A stretch of 35,575 bases of DNA from a virus (lineage: Duplodnaviria; Caudoviricetes), in the IMG/VR virus record IMGVR_UViG_3300032274_000028, positions 1 through 35,575 of that record; one strand, 5' to 3'. Shown here piece after piece: positions 25,774 to 34,239 of the stretch (positions are counted from its first letter, which is position 1; every line of letters begins with the position of its first letter). A model generated the notes under the pieces. That model did no database searches. It was not told the origin of the DNA and saw only the letters and a program-made list of their open reading frames with translations. The position numbers and the translations under genes were made by a program.

Positions 25774-26774
25774 GCCGGCCGTACATGACCATCCCGACGG
25801 AGGCGTTCGAGTGCGCCGAGTCCGTGGACGAGGCTACGGCGATCTTCCGCCTGTGGCGACACTCGGACCTGAAGCGCAGACGGCCGTTCGCTGCGTCGTC
25901 CCGCTACCTCCAGAAGATGTGGGGGCTGTCCGCCCGCATGACCGAGGCCCTGTTGGCTCGACTCATCGCGGCCGGACTGGTCATCGTGGACAGCAAGGGG
26001 ACCAACCACACGGCCCGCACGATCGAGGTCTGGGACCCCCGGAAAGCGGAACGCAACCCGGAACGCTGGACGGAACGCAACCCGGAACGCCAAGACGCGG
26101 TAGCAGACGACGATAAGTCCGAGGAGCGGAACGCAGGGCGGAACGCAACCCGGAACGCAGGGCGGAACGAAGATGACAACGTCCAACGTTCAACGTCCAA
26201 CGAACAACAGACACTCAAGGGCGCTGACGCACCCCGCGAGACACCAGCCTCACGCCTCTGGGCGCAGTGGTTGGAGATCTCTCCTGCCAGAGGCAAAAGC
26301 TGGCCGAAGGGCTCGCACATCAAGACGGCCATCAAGGACCACGGCGAGGAAGCATGTGCTCTTGTGATCCGATGGCTCTGGACGGCTCCCGACAGCGGCC
26401 GAACGCCTTCGGCTAGTTGGCTTCGTGAGCAGATGGCCACCAGCAAACTCGCAGTGACGGCTTGGCGAGCTTCCAACGTCCCAGCCTACATCGAGGAGGC
26501 CGAACGCTGGGTAAGGGCAGGAAGCCCCACGTCTGGGCCTGTGAACGGCAACAGCGCCAGCGACCCGGCCACCGTTCTCGCCGACAAGGTCATCCGACAC
26601 ATCAGCGTGCCGAACGCAAAGCTGCGTGAGGTGCTTGGCGAGGACTACGCCCGGTACGACCGCGCCTGGCGTGCTGCGGGGCTCACCCGCAACGCGTACC
26701 GAGAGACAACCTGGAAGCCTGACCGCGACAAGTGGCGGGCCGCCCTGATTCAAGCACTTGGAGGGAGAGCATGA
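25770..26774 (+). CDS. replication initiator protein (lambda O-like organisation)
   Basis: N-terminal wHTH-like segment, internal iterons, directly upstream of DnaB. Confidence 0.75.
   Translation: MSRPYMTIPTEAFECAESVDEATAIFRLWRHSDLKRRRPFAASSRYLQKMWGLSARMTEALLARLIAAGLVIVDSKGTNHTARTIEVWDPRKAERNPERWTERNPERQDAVADDDKSEERNAGRNATRNAGRNEDDNVQRSTSNEQQTLKGADAPRETPASRLWAQWLEISPARGKSWPKGSHIKTAIKDHGEEACALVIRWLWTAPDSGRTPSASWLREQMATSKLAVTAWRASNVPAYIEEAERWVRAGSPTSGPVNGNSASDPATVLADKVIRHISVPNAKLREVLGEDYARYDRAWRAAGLTRNAYRETTWKPDRDKWRAALIQALGGRA
26047..26209 (+). repeat. iteron array, putative replication origin
   Basis: Eight CGGAACG copies with 12-bp period in two blocks of four (26047, 26059, 26071, 26083; 26127, 26139, 26151, 26163), followed by CAACG(T/A)N heptamer repeats. 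Confidence 0.8.
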
Positions 26775-28147
26775 ACGGCCACGTCAGCCCGCACAGCCTG
26801 GAAGCCGAGCGAGCTCTACTCGGCGGCGTGCTCGAGGAGCCGGAGCAAATCTCGCGGTTCTCCGGCCTGCGTGAGGAGCACTTCTACCGCCCGGACCACG
26901 GCAGACTGTGGCGCATCCTGCAACGCATGACCGCCGACAAGCGGCCGATCGACTTCATCACGCTTCCCGGGTACCTGGAGCAGATCGGCCAGACCGAGCG
27001 GTGCGGCGGCATCGCGTACATCGTGGAACTCCCCGACTACACGCCCGCGACGGCGAACCTTGCTCACTACCGAGACGTCATCTTTGAGGAGAAAGCGGGG
27101 CGGTTGAGGCAGCAAGCCGGGGACATTCTGTTCCGCAACCCGCAAGACGCTGACGCGCTCAAGCACTCGCTGGCGCTGCTCGCGGAGGCTGCGGCGCTGG
27201 GCGCCAGCGGGTCGGGCCTTGTCGATGGTGCGACCATCATGGGCGAGACGTTGGACCTGATGCAGCAAGAGGAGGAACAGGCGAAGGCGGGGCAACTCGG
27301 CATCCCAACGGGGCTCAAGGCGCTCGACGAGAAGATCGGGACCCTTCGCCCGGGTGAGGCCACCATCCTCGCCGCACGTCCAGCCATGGGCAAGACGGCG
27401 CTGATGCTCAACTTCCTGCGCGGCTGCATCGGCATGGCGCCGTACGTGGAGAACCCGGTGGAGCACCGGTGCGCGGTGTTCTCGCTTGAGATGAAGGCGA
27501 CCAGCCTAGCGAAGCGGCTGTTGTGCGAGGGCGGGCAGGTCGACAACAAGCGAATCCGGTCCGGCACGATGAACGGTGACGACTGGGGCCGCGTGCTGGC
27601 ATCGGCCGCCGACTACTCCGCCCGTGGTGACCGGTGGATGGTCGACGACACGGCAGGCTTGAGGATTGGCGACATCACGGCCCGCATCGAGGAGCAGCAC
27701 GCTAAGGACCCGTTCGGCGTGGTCATCGTCGACTATCTCACGCTCATTGAACTCGAGGGCAAGAAGGGCGATAGCAGGTCGGCCGCCGTGGGCGCCATCT
27801 GCAAGACGCTGCGGGACCTAGCCAAGCGGCTGCAATTCCATCTCGTGCTGCTCGCGCAACTCAATCGAGCTGTAGAGCAGCGGGGAGTCAAGGTGCCCAT
27901 GATGTCCGACCTTCGCGACAGCGGGGAGATCGAGCAGACAGCGGACACCATCGTGTTCATCTACCGCGAATGCGTCTACAGCGAAGACGCAGACCCGTAC
28001 GCCGCAGAGTTGCACATCGGCAAGGCGCGCAACGGCACGCTTGGTGTCGTCGAGTGCCGCTTCGAGGGCAGGCATCAGGGGTTCTACGACATGGCTGGCG
28101 CTGGGCACGCACCGAGCGGCGACATGGCCAACCCGCTGACCGGCTGA
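26771..28147 (+). CDS. dnaB: replicative DNA helicase DnaB
   Basis: PHSLEAERALLG, AARPAMGKT, FSLEM, IVDYL, LAQLNR, SDLRDSGEIEQTAD, KARNG. Confidence 0.96.
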   Translation: MNGHVSPHSLEAERALLGGVLEEPEQISRFSGLREEHFYRPDHGRLWRILQRMTADKRPIDFITLPGYLEQIGQTERCGGIAYIVELPDYTPATANLAHYRDVIFEEKAGRLRQQAGDILFRNPQDADALKHSLALLAEAAALGASGSGLVDGATIMGETLDLMQQEEEQAKAGQLGIPTGLKALDEKIGTLRPGEATILAARPAMGKTALMLNFLRGCIGMAPYVENPVEHRCAVFSLEMKATSLAKRLLCEGGQVDNKRIRSGTMNGDDWGRVLASAADYSARGDRWMVDDTAGLRIGDITARIEEQHAKDPFGVVIVDYLTLIELEGKKGDSRSAAVGAICKTLRDLAKRLQFHLVLLAQLNRAVEQRGVKVPMMSDLRDSGEIEQTADTIVFIYRECVYSEDADPYAAELHIGKARNGTLGVVECRFEGRHQGFYDMAGAGHAPSGDMANPLTG

Positions 28148-28194
28148 TTACGCCCGGTCCGCCGTTGCGTTACGATGAGCACGGAGGTGAGCGC

Positions 28195-28569
28195 ATGCAG
28201 CAGCTACAGGCCCTTTCGGCGTGGGTGTCAGACGACCCGAACGCTCAGCTAGTCATCGGCGCTGCGCTCGTCACCATCGCTATCGCCTGCATCGTGGCTA
28301 TGGTGATGGGCGTGCTGCGCCCCGTGTTGCGGAGCGTGTTCGCCAAGGTTCCAGAGGACCGCTCCCGCATCATCGTGCGCGTGTTCCGCTGGGCGCTGGG
28401 TCTCGGCCTTGCGTTCGGTGGGACGCTGTCGATGGACCTACCGTGGCTCATCGTGGCTGTGATGGGTCTAGGCGGCGCGGAAGGGTCCGAGTCGGTGTGG
28501 GGCTGGGCGAAGTCGCTGCTGCGCATCGCGGGCGCCCGTATCGTGTCGATGGTGAGGGGGCAGGCGTGA
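28195..28569 (+). CDS. multi-pass membrane protein, holin candidate
   Basis: 124 aa with 2-3 hydrophobic segments; own promoter-like motif 28165-28176. Confidence 0.55.
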   Translation: MQQLQALSAWVSDDPNAQLVIGAALVTIAIACIVAMVMGVLRPVLRSVFAKVPEDRSRIIVRVFRWALGLGLAFGGTLSMDLPWLIVAVMGLGGAEGSESVWGWAKSLLRIAGARIVSMVRGQA

Positions 28570-29087
28570 GTCACAAGCGAAGATTCTTCTACGATACCGA
28601 GTTCATTGAGCGCCCCAGCACGATTGATCTGATTTCAATCGGTATCGTTGGCGAGGACGGCTCGGAGTTCTACGCCGTCTCGACAGACGCCGAACACTCA
28701 AAGGCTAACCAGTGGGTCAAGGATAACGTGCTGATGCTCCTTCCCCCCGAGGATGACTCTGCGTGGTGTAGCCGTGAGGTGATGCGGGCCCGGGTGCTTG
28801 ACTTCTTGCGCCCGTCCAAGACGGATAAGGTTGAGTTGTGGGGCTACTACTCTGCATATGACCACGTTGCCCTGTGCTGGCTGTTTGGCCCAATGGTCGA
28901 CCTGCCTCCCGGTATGCCGATGTACACCCGTGACGCCAAGCAGTTGTGCGACAGCCTTGGCAATCCGAGGCTTCCGCCAAACAACGGCGCACACGACGCG
29001 CTCGTAGACGCTCGGTGGACGCGTTCAGTGTGGCAATTATTGACGGCCGTTGCCCAGCGAGCCGCGGCGGTGACCCATGCCCCCTGA
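28566..29087 (+). CDS. 3'-5' exoribonuclease, RNase AS/Rv2179c-like
   Basis: FYDTEF..IDLISIGIV..EFYAV, WGYYSAYDHVAL, HDALVDARW. Confidence 0.88.
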   Translation: MSHKRRFFYDTEFIERPSTIDLISIGIVGEDGSEFYAVSTDAEHSKANQWVKDNVLMLLPPEDDSAWCSREVMRARVLDFLRPSKTDKVELWGYYSAYDHVALCWLFGPMVDLPPGMPMYTRDAKQLCDSLGNPRLPPNNGAHDALVDARWTRSVWQLLTAVAQRAAAVTHAP

Positions 29088-29322
29088 TTGGCTGCTCATC
29101 GGTGGACCCATTGCGCTCGTGGTGCTCGCTGCGTTGTGGGCCTTCACCGGTCCGCGCAAGAGCAAGCCGCCGGTCATCGTCGACGAGCCCCGGCCGGACA
29201 CGTCGGAGCATGACCGGGAGATTGCGGTGGCGGATGCGGCGGCGGTTGAGCTCGACGAGCAGATCGAAACGGACCCGCTTGCCGAGGTGGCGGAAGAGCG
29301 GGCTAGGCGGTGGCGACGATGA
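29077..29322 (+). CDS. N-terminally anchored membrane protein (spanin-like candidate)
   Basis: TM WLLIGGPIALVVLAALWAF followed by helical domain. Confidence 0.55.
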   Translation: MPPDWLLIGGPIALVVLAALWAFTGPRKSKPPVIVDEPRPDTSEHDREIAVADAAAVELDEQIETDPLAEVAEERARRWRR

Positions 29323-29471
29323 AAGCCTACGGAAGAACAGACCGCATCGTCGGGACCAGGAAAAAGACCGACCCAAAGCGAAGGAAGAAGAAGGCGCGAC
29401 GGGACGGACGTATGGCCATCGACGCCTGGCGTGCCCACGTGCCAAAAGAGAAGGATGGCGGCGATGAGTGA
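29319..29471 (+). CDS. small basic protein (50 aa; not in ORF track)
   Basis: MKAYGRTDRIVGTRKKTDPKRRKKKARR...; ATGA coupling. Confidence 0.5.
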   Translation: MKAYGRTDRIVGTRKKTDPKRRKKKARRDGRMAIDAWRAHVPKEKDGGDE

Positions 29472-29667
29472 GACAGCGGAAGAGCGCGAGAGACGGTTTG
29501 AGGCGTGGCTTTATGGGCGCCGCCGCCACATGGTGAAGAACTACGCGCCCGACATGCACTGTCAGTACTGCGCGCCGATGCCGTGCTGTTGTACGAAGAT
29601 GCTCAGGCGAGAAGACGATGCGCCTGTTTCGTCGTCTCTGCTCCCGACGTTGGCGGGCCTGCTGTGA
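29464..29667 (+). CDS. small Cys-rich protein (67 aa)
   Basis: HCQYCAPMPCCC possible Zn site. Confidence 0.5.
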   Translation: MSETAEERERRFEAWLYGRRRHMVKNYAPDMHCQYCAPMPCCCTKMLRREDDAPVSSSLLPTLAGLL

Positions 29668-30092
29668 TCGCCCTACTCGCCGGCCTCGCCCTCGCTGGTG
29701 AGTTCACGTGGCAGATGCCAACGGCCGAAGAGCCCGCAGCGCTGGACTGCCCCGCGTTCGTAGACCTCGTGCCCGGCCAACCCGTGCCGCCGTCGCTGCT
29801 CACCCCGGACGGCCTTGTACGCTGTCGAGCCACCGTCACCCCGCCCACGGACCTCGAGTACCTGCTGCGTGTGCAGGCATGGTCAGAGCAAGCGGAGCCG
29901 AGAGGGCGGAAGCTGGTGCTCGAGGTGGGATGGCAGACCGAACGCGCCGACCGGTACAAGGTCATGCTTGAAAAGCCCGTGCCGTGGCATCAGCGCCCGA
30001 ATTTCCAACGCTGGGCGGGCAGGCTGGAAGTTCTAGCCGGCGTGGCTCTCGCCGTGATAGTTCTGGACGCATCCACGGAGGTCGTGCCATGA
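29664..30092 (+). CDS. exported/membrane protein (signal peptide plus C-terminal TM)
   Basis: MIALLAGLALA|GE signal-like N-terminus; C-terminal LEVLAGVALAVIVL. Confidence 0.6.
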   Translation: MIALLAGLALAGEFTWQMPTAEEPAALDCPAFVDLVPGQPVPPSLLTPDGLVRCRATVTPPTDLEYLLRVQAWSEQAEPRGRKLVLEVGWQTERADRYKVMLEKPVPWHQRPNFQRWAGRLEVLAGVALAVIVLDASTEVVP

Positions 30093-30769
30093 GCGTCTTT
30101 ATCTACCCCAGCAGCGGCGCGGCGGGCGCGGTCTCTCTGGGTCGCCTTGCCCTTACAGACCTCGGAACGGCCACATACACGACGAACGGCGCCAAGAGTC
30201 TAGGCGGCTTGTCCTTCACGCTGGACGGCGTGGATGGCACGAACACGTTCGACGTGGGCGCAACGGGAGCGGCGGCGGTCGGCGGCACGACGCAGCAGGT
30301 CATCATGACGTTCGATCCCGCGACGCACTTCGGCTTCACGATGACGGTCGGCAAGGTCGTCGGCTGTACCATCGAGTACGACGACGGCACGATCACCGGC
30401 TCGGACAACATCGGCTTCTATGTCGGAGACGACAGCCTCAACCGTGTAGGCATGCAGCGAAACGTCACGAACATCGTTCGCGTTGGCGCCATGTTCAGCG
30501 GCGCATTCAAGACCAACCAGGACAGTTCGGTCGCCAACGCGGTGGACGTGGTGGCCATGGGCTTCGTGTTGGCTGGCCAAGTGCTGTCCGGCTGGTATGA
30601 CACCACCCCGCCGGGTAGCGCGCAGCCGACCACGTACGCAAACAAGGTCAAGAGCAACGGAGAACTCGGCTCGGTTACGTTCTTTGACCTGACGTACTGT
30701 CGCGTCTCGTGGGTCGGTGCACGCGGTAAGCGCGTCGAAGCTATCGAGTTCTGGGACTACACGCCGTAG
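30089..30769 (+). CDS. putative virion structural protein (226 aa)
   Basis: Gly/Thr/Ser-rich beta composition; GGAGGT RBS. Confidence 0.55.
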   Translation: MSVFIYPSSGAAGAVSLGRLALTDLGTATYTTNGAKSLGGLSFTLDGVDGTNTFDVGATGAAAVGGTTQQVIMTFDPATHFGFTMTVGKVVGCTIEYDDGTITGSDNIGFYVGDDSLNRVGMQRNVTNIVRVGAMFSGAFKTNQDSSVANAVDVVAMGFVLAGQVLSGWYDTTPPGSAQPTTYANKVKSNGELGSVTFFDLTYCRVSWVGARGKRVEAIEFWDYTP

Positions 30770-30777
30770 GGGGAACC

Positions 30778-31101
30778 ATGGGCATGCCAGACCCGCATGA
30801 AAGACGGATTCAGGACTTGGAGCAACAAATGCGAACCGCAATCGCCACTGTCGAGCGTCATGAGGTCGTGTTGACCGAGGTTCGTAGGCGCGAAGACGAG
30901 CACTACGCCCGCATCATCAAGCCGATGATGGACCGCATAGACAAGCTTGCAGCCAGCCAAGACAAGATGGCGAAGGACCTGGAGCACGAGCTTGCGAAGA
31001 TCCGCACCCGTCTTGCCGTCATCGTCGCAGGGTCCGCGTCCCTAGCCGCTGCGATCGGCACAGCGGGCGGGGCGGTCGCTACAGCGGCGCTCGGTCTGTA
31101 G
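30778..31101 (+). CDS. coiled-coil protein with C-terminal hydrophobic segment (XhlA-like lysis candidate)
   Basis: RIQDLEQ...heptads then LAVIVAGSASLAAAIG. Confidence 0.55.
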   Translation: MGMPDPHERRIQDLEQQMRTAIATVERHEVVLTEVRRREDEHYARIIKPMMDRIDKLAASQDKMAKDLEHELAKIRTRLAVIVAGSASLAAAIGTAGGAVATAALGL

Positions 31102-31476
31102 CTACCACTCCGGCGCGTGGCGGTAGGCTTCGATCACAGCGTCTCGCTCGTCGTCGCTCAGCAAGCTGTTGTCCCAATACGCTTGGGCGATCATCGGCAT
31201 GAGGGACCGGAAGTAGGTCCTGTCCGCTGCGGTGGGCGGGCTCGAGGCCAACAGCGTCGCGAACACGCGGCAGTTGTTGTACGGCGTCTGTGGCAAGTTG
31301 ATGAAGCTGTGCGGCGTGGGGCAGGTCACACAGCTTCGAGAGATGCCGTGCAGCAGGGTGGCCGGCGTGGTGCTCGATGCGGGCTCAACCCAGATGGGCG
31401 AGATGTTGGCTACGTGCTCGCCTGCAAGGGCGACGGTGCACGAGAGTAGAGCGGCGGCGATGAAAAGGCGTCTCAT
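31102..31476 (-). CDS. secreted protein with signal peptide (124 aa)
   Basis: MRRLFIAAALLSCTVALA|GE; GGAG RBS. Confidence 0.65.
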   Translation of the reverse strand: MRRLFIAAALLSCTVALAGEHVANISPIWVEPASSTTPATLLHGISRSCVTCPTPHSFINLPQTPYNNCRVFATLLASSPPTAADRTYFRSLMPMIAQAYWDNSLLSDDERDAVIEAYRHAPEW

Positions 31477-31748
31477 GGGGCGGTCTCCATATCGGCTAAT
31501 AGGCCGACTACCTCGCACTGAAGGGAAGCGAGGCGCACGGTAGGCGTATCACGATGTGCGGCGGCTGCGATTGACTCGATGGTGAGCAGGCGAGCCCGTA
31601 GGTGCTGCACGTCGATGCGTGATTGGTGGTCGTGGACCATACGCGCAAGTCGGTACCCGTGCTCGATGATGTAGAGAACCCAGCCAATAGCGGCAAAGGC
31701 GGCGATGGCCAGAAGGATACCGATGAACACGGGAAGTAACGGGTCCAT
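31473..31748 (-). CDS. single-pass membrane protein (91 aa)
   Basis: LLPVFIGILLAIAAFAAIGWVLYII; GAGGT RBS. Confidence 0.7.
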   Translation of the reverse strand: MDPLLPVFIGILLAIAAFAAIGWVLYIIEHGYRLARMVHDHQSRIDVQHLRARLLTIESIAAAAHRDTPTVRLASLQCEVVGLLADMETAP

Positions 31749-31752
31749 TGCA

Positions 31753-32187
31753 TCACCTCGCTTTGTCTTCCAGAGTATCCCACTCACGGAGCATGCGAAG
31801 GTAGTAGGGCGGGAACCGGACGCCGGTCTCGAACCAGTTGGCAACGGTGGTGCGCTTCTTTCCGACGTGTCGGGCGAAGTCGCTGATTGAGCGGCCGCTT
31901 CTGCGCAGTAGCCAGCGCGCCTCGTGGGTGATGTCGGCAATCTCTGGATTCCTGGCGTTCCGCATCCTGCGCATGGTCGTGATGCAAACCCCTTCTTGGT
32001 GGGCAGCTTGCGTGATGGGCATCGCGTCCAAGCAGTGCACCTTGATGGCTTGTGCGGCTTTGGTCTTCGGCAGGCGCCTCCACGCGTCCACCTTCACGCC
32101 CATGATGTCGGCCCACTCCATAGGGGTGAGGTCTCCGGCCATTGCCTCGAGCACTCGTTCCATCTCGTCTGGTGTCCATGGGTCCAT
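31753..32187 (-). CDS. multi-HTH DNA-binding protein (144 aa)
   Basis: HTH-like segments TPMEWADIMGV, PITQAAHQEGVCITTMRR, SISDFARHVGKKRTTVANW; AAAGGAGG RBS. Confidence 0.7.
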   Translation of the reverse strand: MDPWTPDEMERVLEAMAGDLTPMEWADIMGVKVDAWRRLPKTKAAQAIKVHCLDAMPITQAAHQEGVCITTMRRMRNARNPEIADITHEARWLLRRSGRSISDFARHVGKKRTTVANWFETGVRFPPYYLRMLREWDTLEDKAR

Positions 32188-32206
32188 GTGACCTCCTTTG
32201 CATCTT

Positions 32207-32247
32207 TGTATATTTCCGTGGACAGGGTGTGTCCACAGGTATATACT
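32207..32247. promoter_or_regulatory. symmetric bidirectional sigma70 promoter/operator
   Basis: GTATAT-N4-GTGGACA-N5-TGTCCAC-N4-ATATAC; gives TGGACA-17-TATACT (+) and TGGACA-17-TATACA (-). Confidence 0.75.
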
Positions 32248-32322
32248 GATTTCAACAAAGGGGGCGGTTATGCAGCAGCAGCGATTTACCCACGGACAAA
32301 CCCAGTATGTGCGGGGTGTGGC

Positions 32323-32904
32323 ATGAGCAAGCGACCGATGTACGACCCGGCCGACCCGTACAAGACGGATACGGACTGGCTGGATGATGCGCCGGCCGCG
32401 CCTGGCCTGACGCTGGAGAATGTGCGGGAGCTGTTGAAGGCTGCGACGCCGGGGCCGTGGTCGGTCTACCGCGAGACCGAATGGGACGAACTCACCCACA
32501 CCACTATTGACTGGGGCTTGCGCCTCCTGCCCATGGATGAGGCAGAGGTCATGGAGATGGAGGATGATGACGTACGCCTCATGGCCGCCGCCCCATGCCT
32601 AGCCCGCGCCTACATCGAGCAGCACGAGCGGGCGGAGCGTGAGGCGGCTGGCCGTCGCGATGAGTTGGCCATCACGGGCGACTGGATGGCCCGGGCAAAA
32701 AGTGCCGAGTTGGACCGTGATGGGTTGTCTATCGTCGCTGACAACACGCGAGTTGAGTTGGACGCCGCAGGGGTTCCGGTCGTTGGGGATACGCTCTGTG
32801 GCACAGGCGTCCTTGAAGCGTTCATGCGAATCAGGATCCTCGTGGCCGAACGCGACGAACTCCGTCTCGCTCTCGCCGATGCGTTGGAAGCGGCCGATGG
32901 GTGA
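32323..32904 (+). CDS. Ead/Ea22-like protein
   Basis: LLKAATPGPW...DVRLMAAAP motif. Confidence 0.65.
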   Translation: MSKRPMYDPADPYKTDTDWLDDAPAAPGLTLENVRELLKAATPGPWSVYRETEWDELTHTTIDWGLRLLPMDEAEVMEMEDDDVRLMAAAPCLARAYIEQHERAEREAAGRRDELAITGDWMARAKSAELDRDGLSIVADNTRVELDAAGVPVVGDTLCGTGVLEAFMRIRILVAERDELRLALADALEAADG

Positions 32905-33193
32905 CCTAAGCCCATGCGCGTTCCTCGTGCTCGCCACGATCGGCCTGTCCGACAAGCCGTCGCTGACCATGGACGAGCTCTACGGAACCATCCTCCGCGA
33001 CAGCCCATCGCGGTCGTACGCGGTCGTAGAGAGGTCGGCTGCCTCGTGCTGCCGCAAGGGGCTGCTAGAGCGTGTGGCGCACCAGACGTATGCATTGACG
33101 GAGGCCGGCGACGACGCCTTGACGGCCTACTGTGAGTCGCCTGACGCGCTCCCAGACGAGTCACTTCGACAGGCGTCTATGTGGGGTGAGTGA
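32897..33193 (+). CDS. winged-helix DNA-binding protein (PadR/MarR-like)
   Basis: KGLLERV...YALTEAG wing motif. Confidence 0.65.
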   Translation: MGDLSPCAFLVLATIGLSDKPSLTMDELYGTILRDSPSRSYAVVERSAASCCRKGLLERVAHQTYALTEAGDDALTAYCESPDALPDESLRQASMWGE

Positions 33194-33477
33194 TGAGTGA
33201 CAGATTTAGGCTGACCGCCGAAGAGGCCGTAGGTGTTTTGCCGGACGGCGACCGCGTGCACACGCAAAGCATGAACGGCATGATCATTGGTGCCGACTGG
33301 GACCGCGAAGGCGTAATCTCACACATCGAGAAGCATGGCGCATCGCTGGCCGGCCCTCTTGCGACGTCGATGGGGCACGGGTTGTGCCTCGACGCGAAGC
33401 GGCGCCTGTTCTGCGCGACCGACGCGAAGAGGCTTGCCGCGCTTGAGGCCGTCATTGCTGCCGAGGTGACGTCATGA
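33193..33477 (+). CDS. hypothetical protein
   Basis: Coupled ORF in operon. Confidence 0.65.
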   Translation: MSDRFRLTAEEAVGVLPDGDRVHTQSMNGMIIGADWDREGVISHIEKHGASLAGPLATSMGHGLCLDAKRRLFCATDAKRLAALEAVIAAEVTS

Positions 33478-34073
33478 AGGTCGCAATCGTTGTAGGGCAT
33501 CACCCGATGTCGAGAGGCGCACAGGCTACAGATGGAGCGCACGAGTACGACATGAACCTCGTGCTGGCGCATCAGATCGTGAGCACCATGTGCCCGACCA
33601 TCGAGGCGCGGAAGTTCGTGCACACGGCAGGCGGCAGGGCGTCGCAAGTGCTCGGTCAGACGGTCGACGAGTTGAACGACTGGGGCGCTGACGTCGTGGT
33701 CGAGCTCCACTGGAACGCGGCGGTAGATGCCAACGGCAACCGGGCCACGTTCTTCTGGACGGCTTCGCATTCGGTCATCTTCAAAGGCTCCGACAAGGCC
33801 CGCGAGCTCGGCTTCCTGCTCTCGACAGCTTGCGCCGGTGCGCTGGGTACGGACGACATGGGCGTGAGGGTGCGCGAGAGCGGCTACCCCATGCTGCGGG
33901 ACACGACAGGCGCGGCGGTCATCCTCGAGACGCACAACGGGCTCGACGAGGAGTCGCACGACGCATTCGTCGCAGCTCTTGCGGATGGGTCGCTAGCGTT
34001 CAACATTCGACGGGCTGTGATGGCCTACTGTGAGGGGTCTGATGGACCAAGAGGCGCAAGCATTCAAGCATGA
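33474..34073 (+). CDS. N-acetylmuramoyl-L-alanine amidase (Amidase_3) endolysin
   Basis: Zn ligands IVVGH, EYDMN, VELHWNA and catalytic AVILE; no obvious cell-wall-binding domain. Confidence 0.9.
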   Translation: MKVAIVVGHHPMSRGAQATDGAHEYDMNLVLAHQIVSTMCPTIEARKFVHTAGGRASQVLGQTVDELNDWGADVVVELHWNAAVDANGNRATFFWTASHSVIFKGSDKARELGFLLSTACAGALGTDDMGVRVRESGYPMLRDTTGAAVILETHNGLDEESHDAFVAALADGSLAFNIRRAVMAYCEGSDGPRGASIQA

Positions 34074-34239
34074 GTCAGACCGCATCCGATGGCGGCAAGA
34101 CCTGCTAGCCCTCGTGGGCGGGCCTGAATGGCTGTGCCGTATCGGGGAGTTGTTCGGGTGGAACGAGCGGTGCTTCGGGCCCGACGATGTTGGCATGCCG
34201 GATGGGCTGCGCGTGCAGATGCATGCGAGGGGGTGGTGA
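34042..34239 (+). CDS. hypothetical protein (65 aa)
   Basis: GAGGGG RBS; coupled downstream. Confidence 0.55.
   Translation: MDQEAQAFKHESDRIRWRQDLLALVGGPEWLCRIGELFGWNERCFGPDDVGMPDGLRVQMHARGW

Noticed and set aside
26047-26170. Repeat array as a mini-CRISPR
   Set aside because: 12-bp period with no unique spacers, in frame inside the initiator; fits iterons
31102-31476. CVTCPTPH as c-type heme motif
   Set aside because: Not CXXCH; His is four residues after the second Cys
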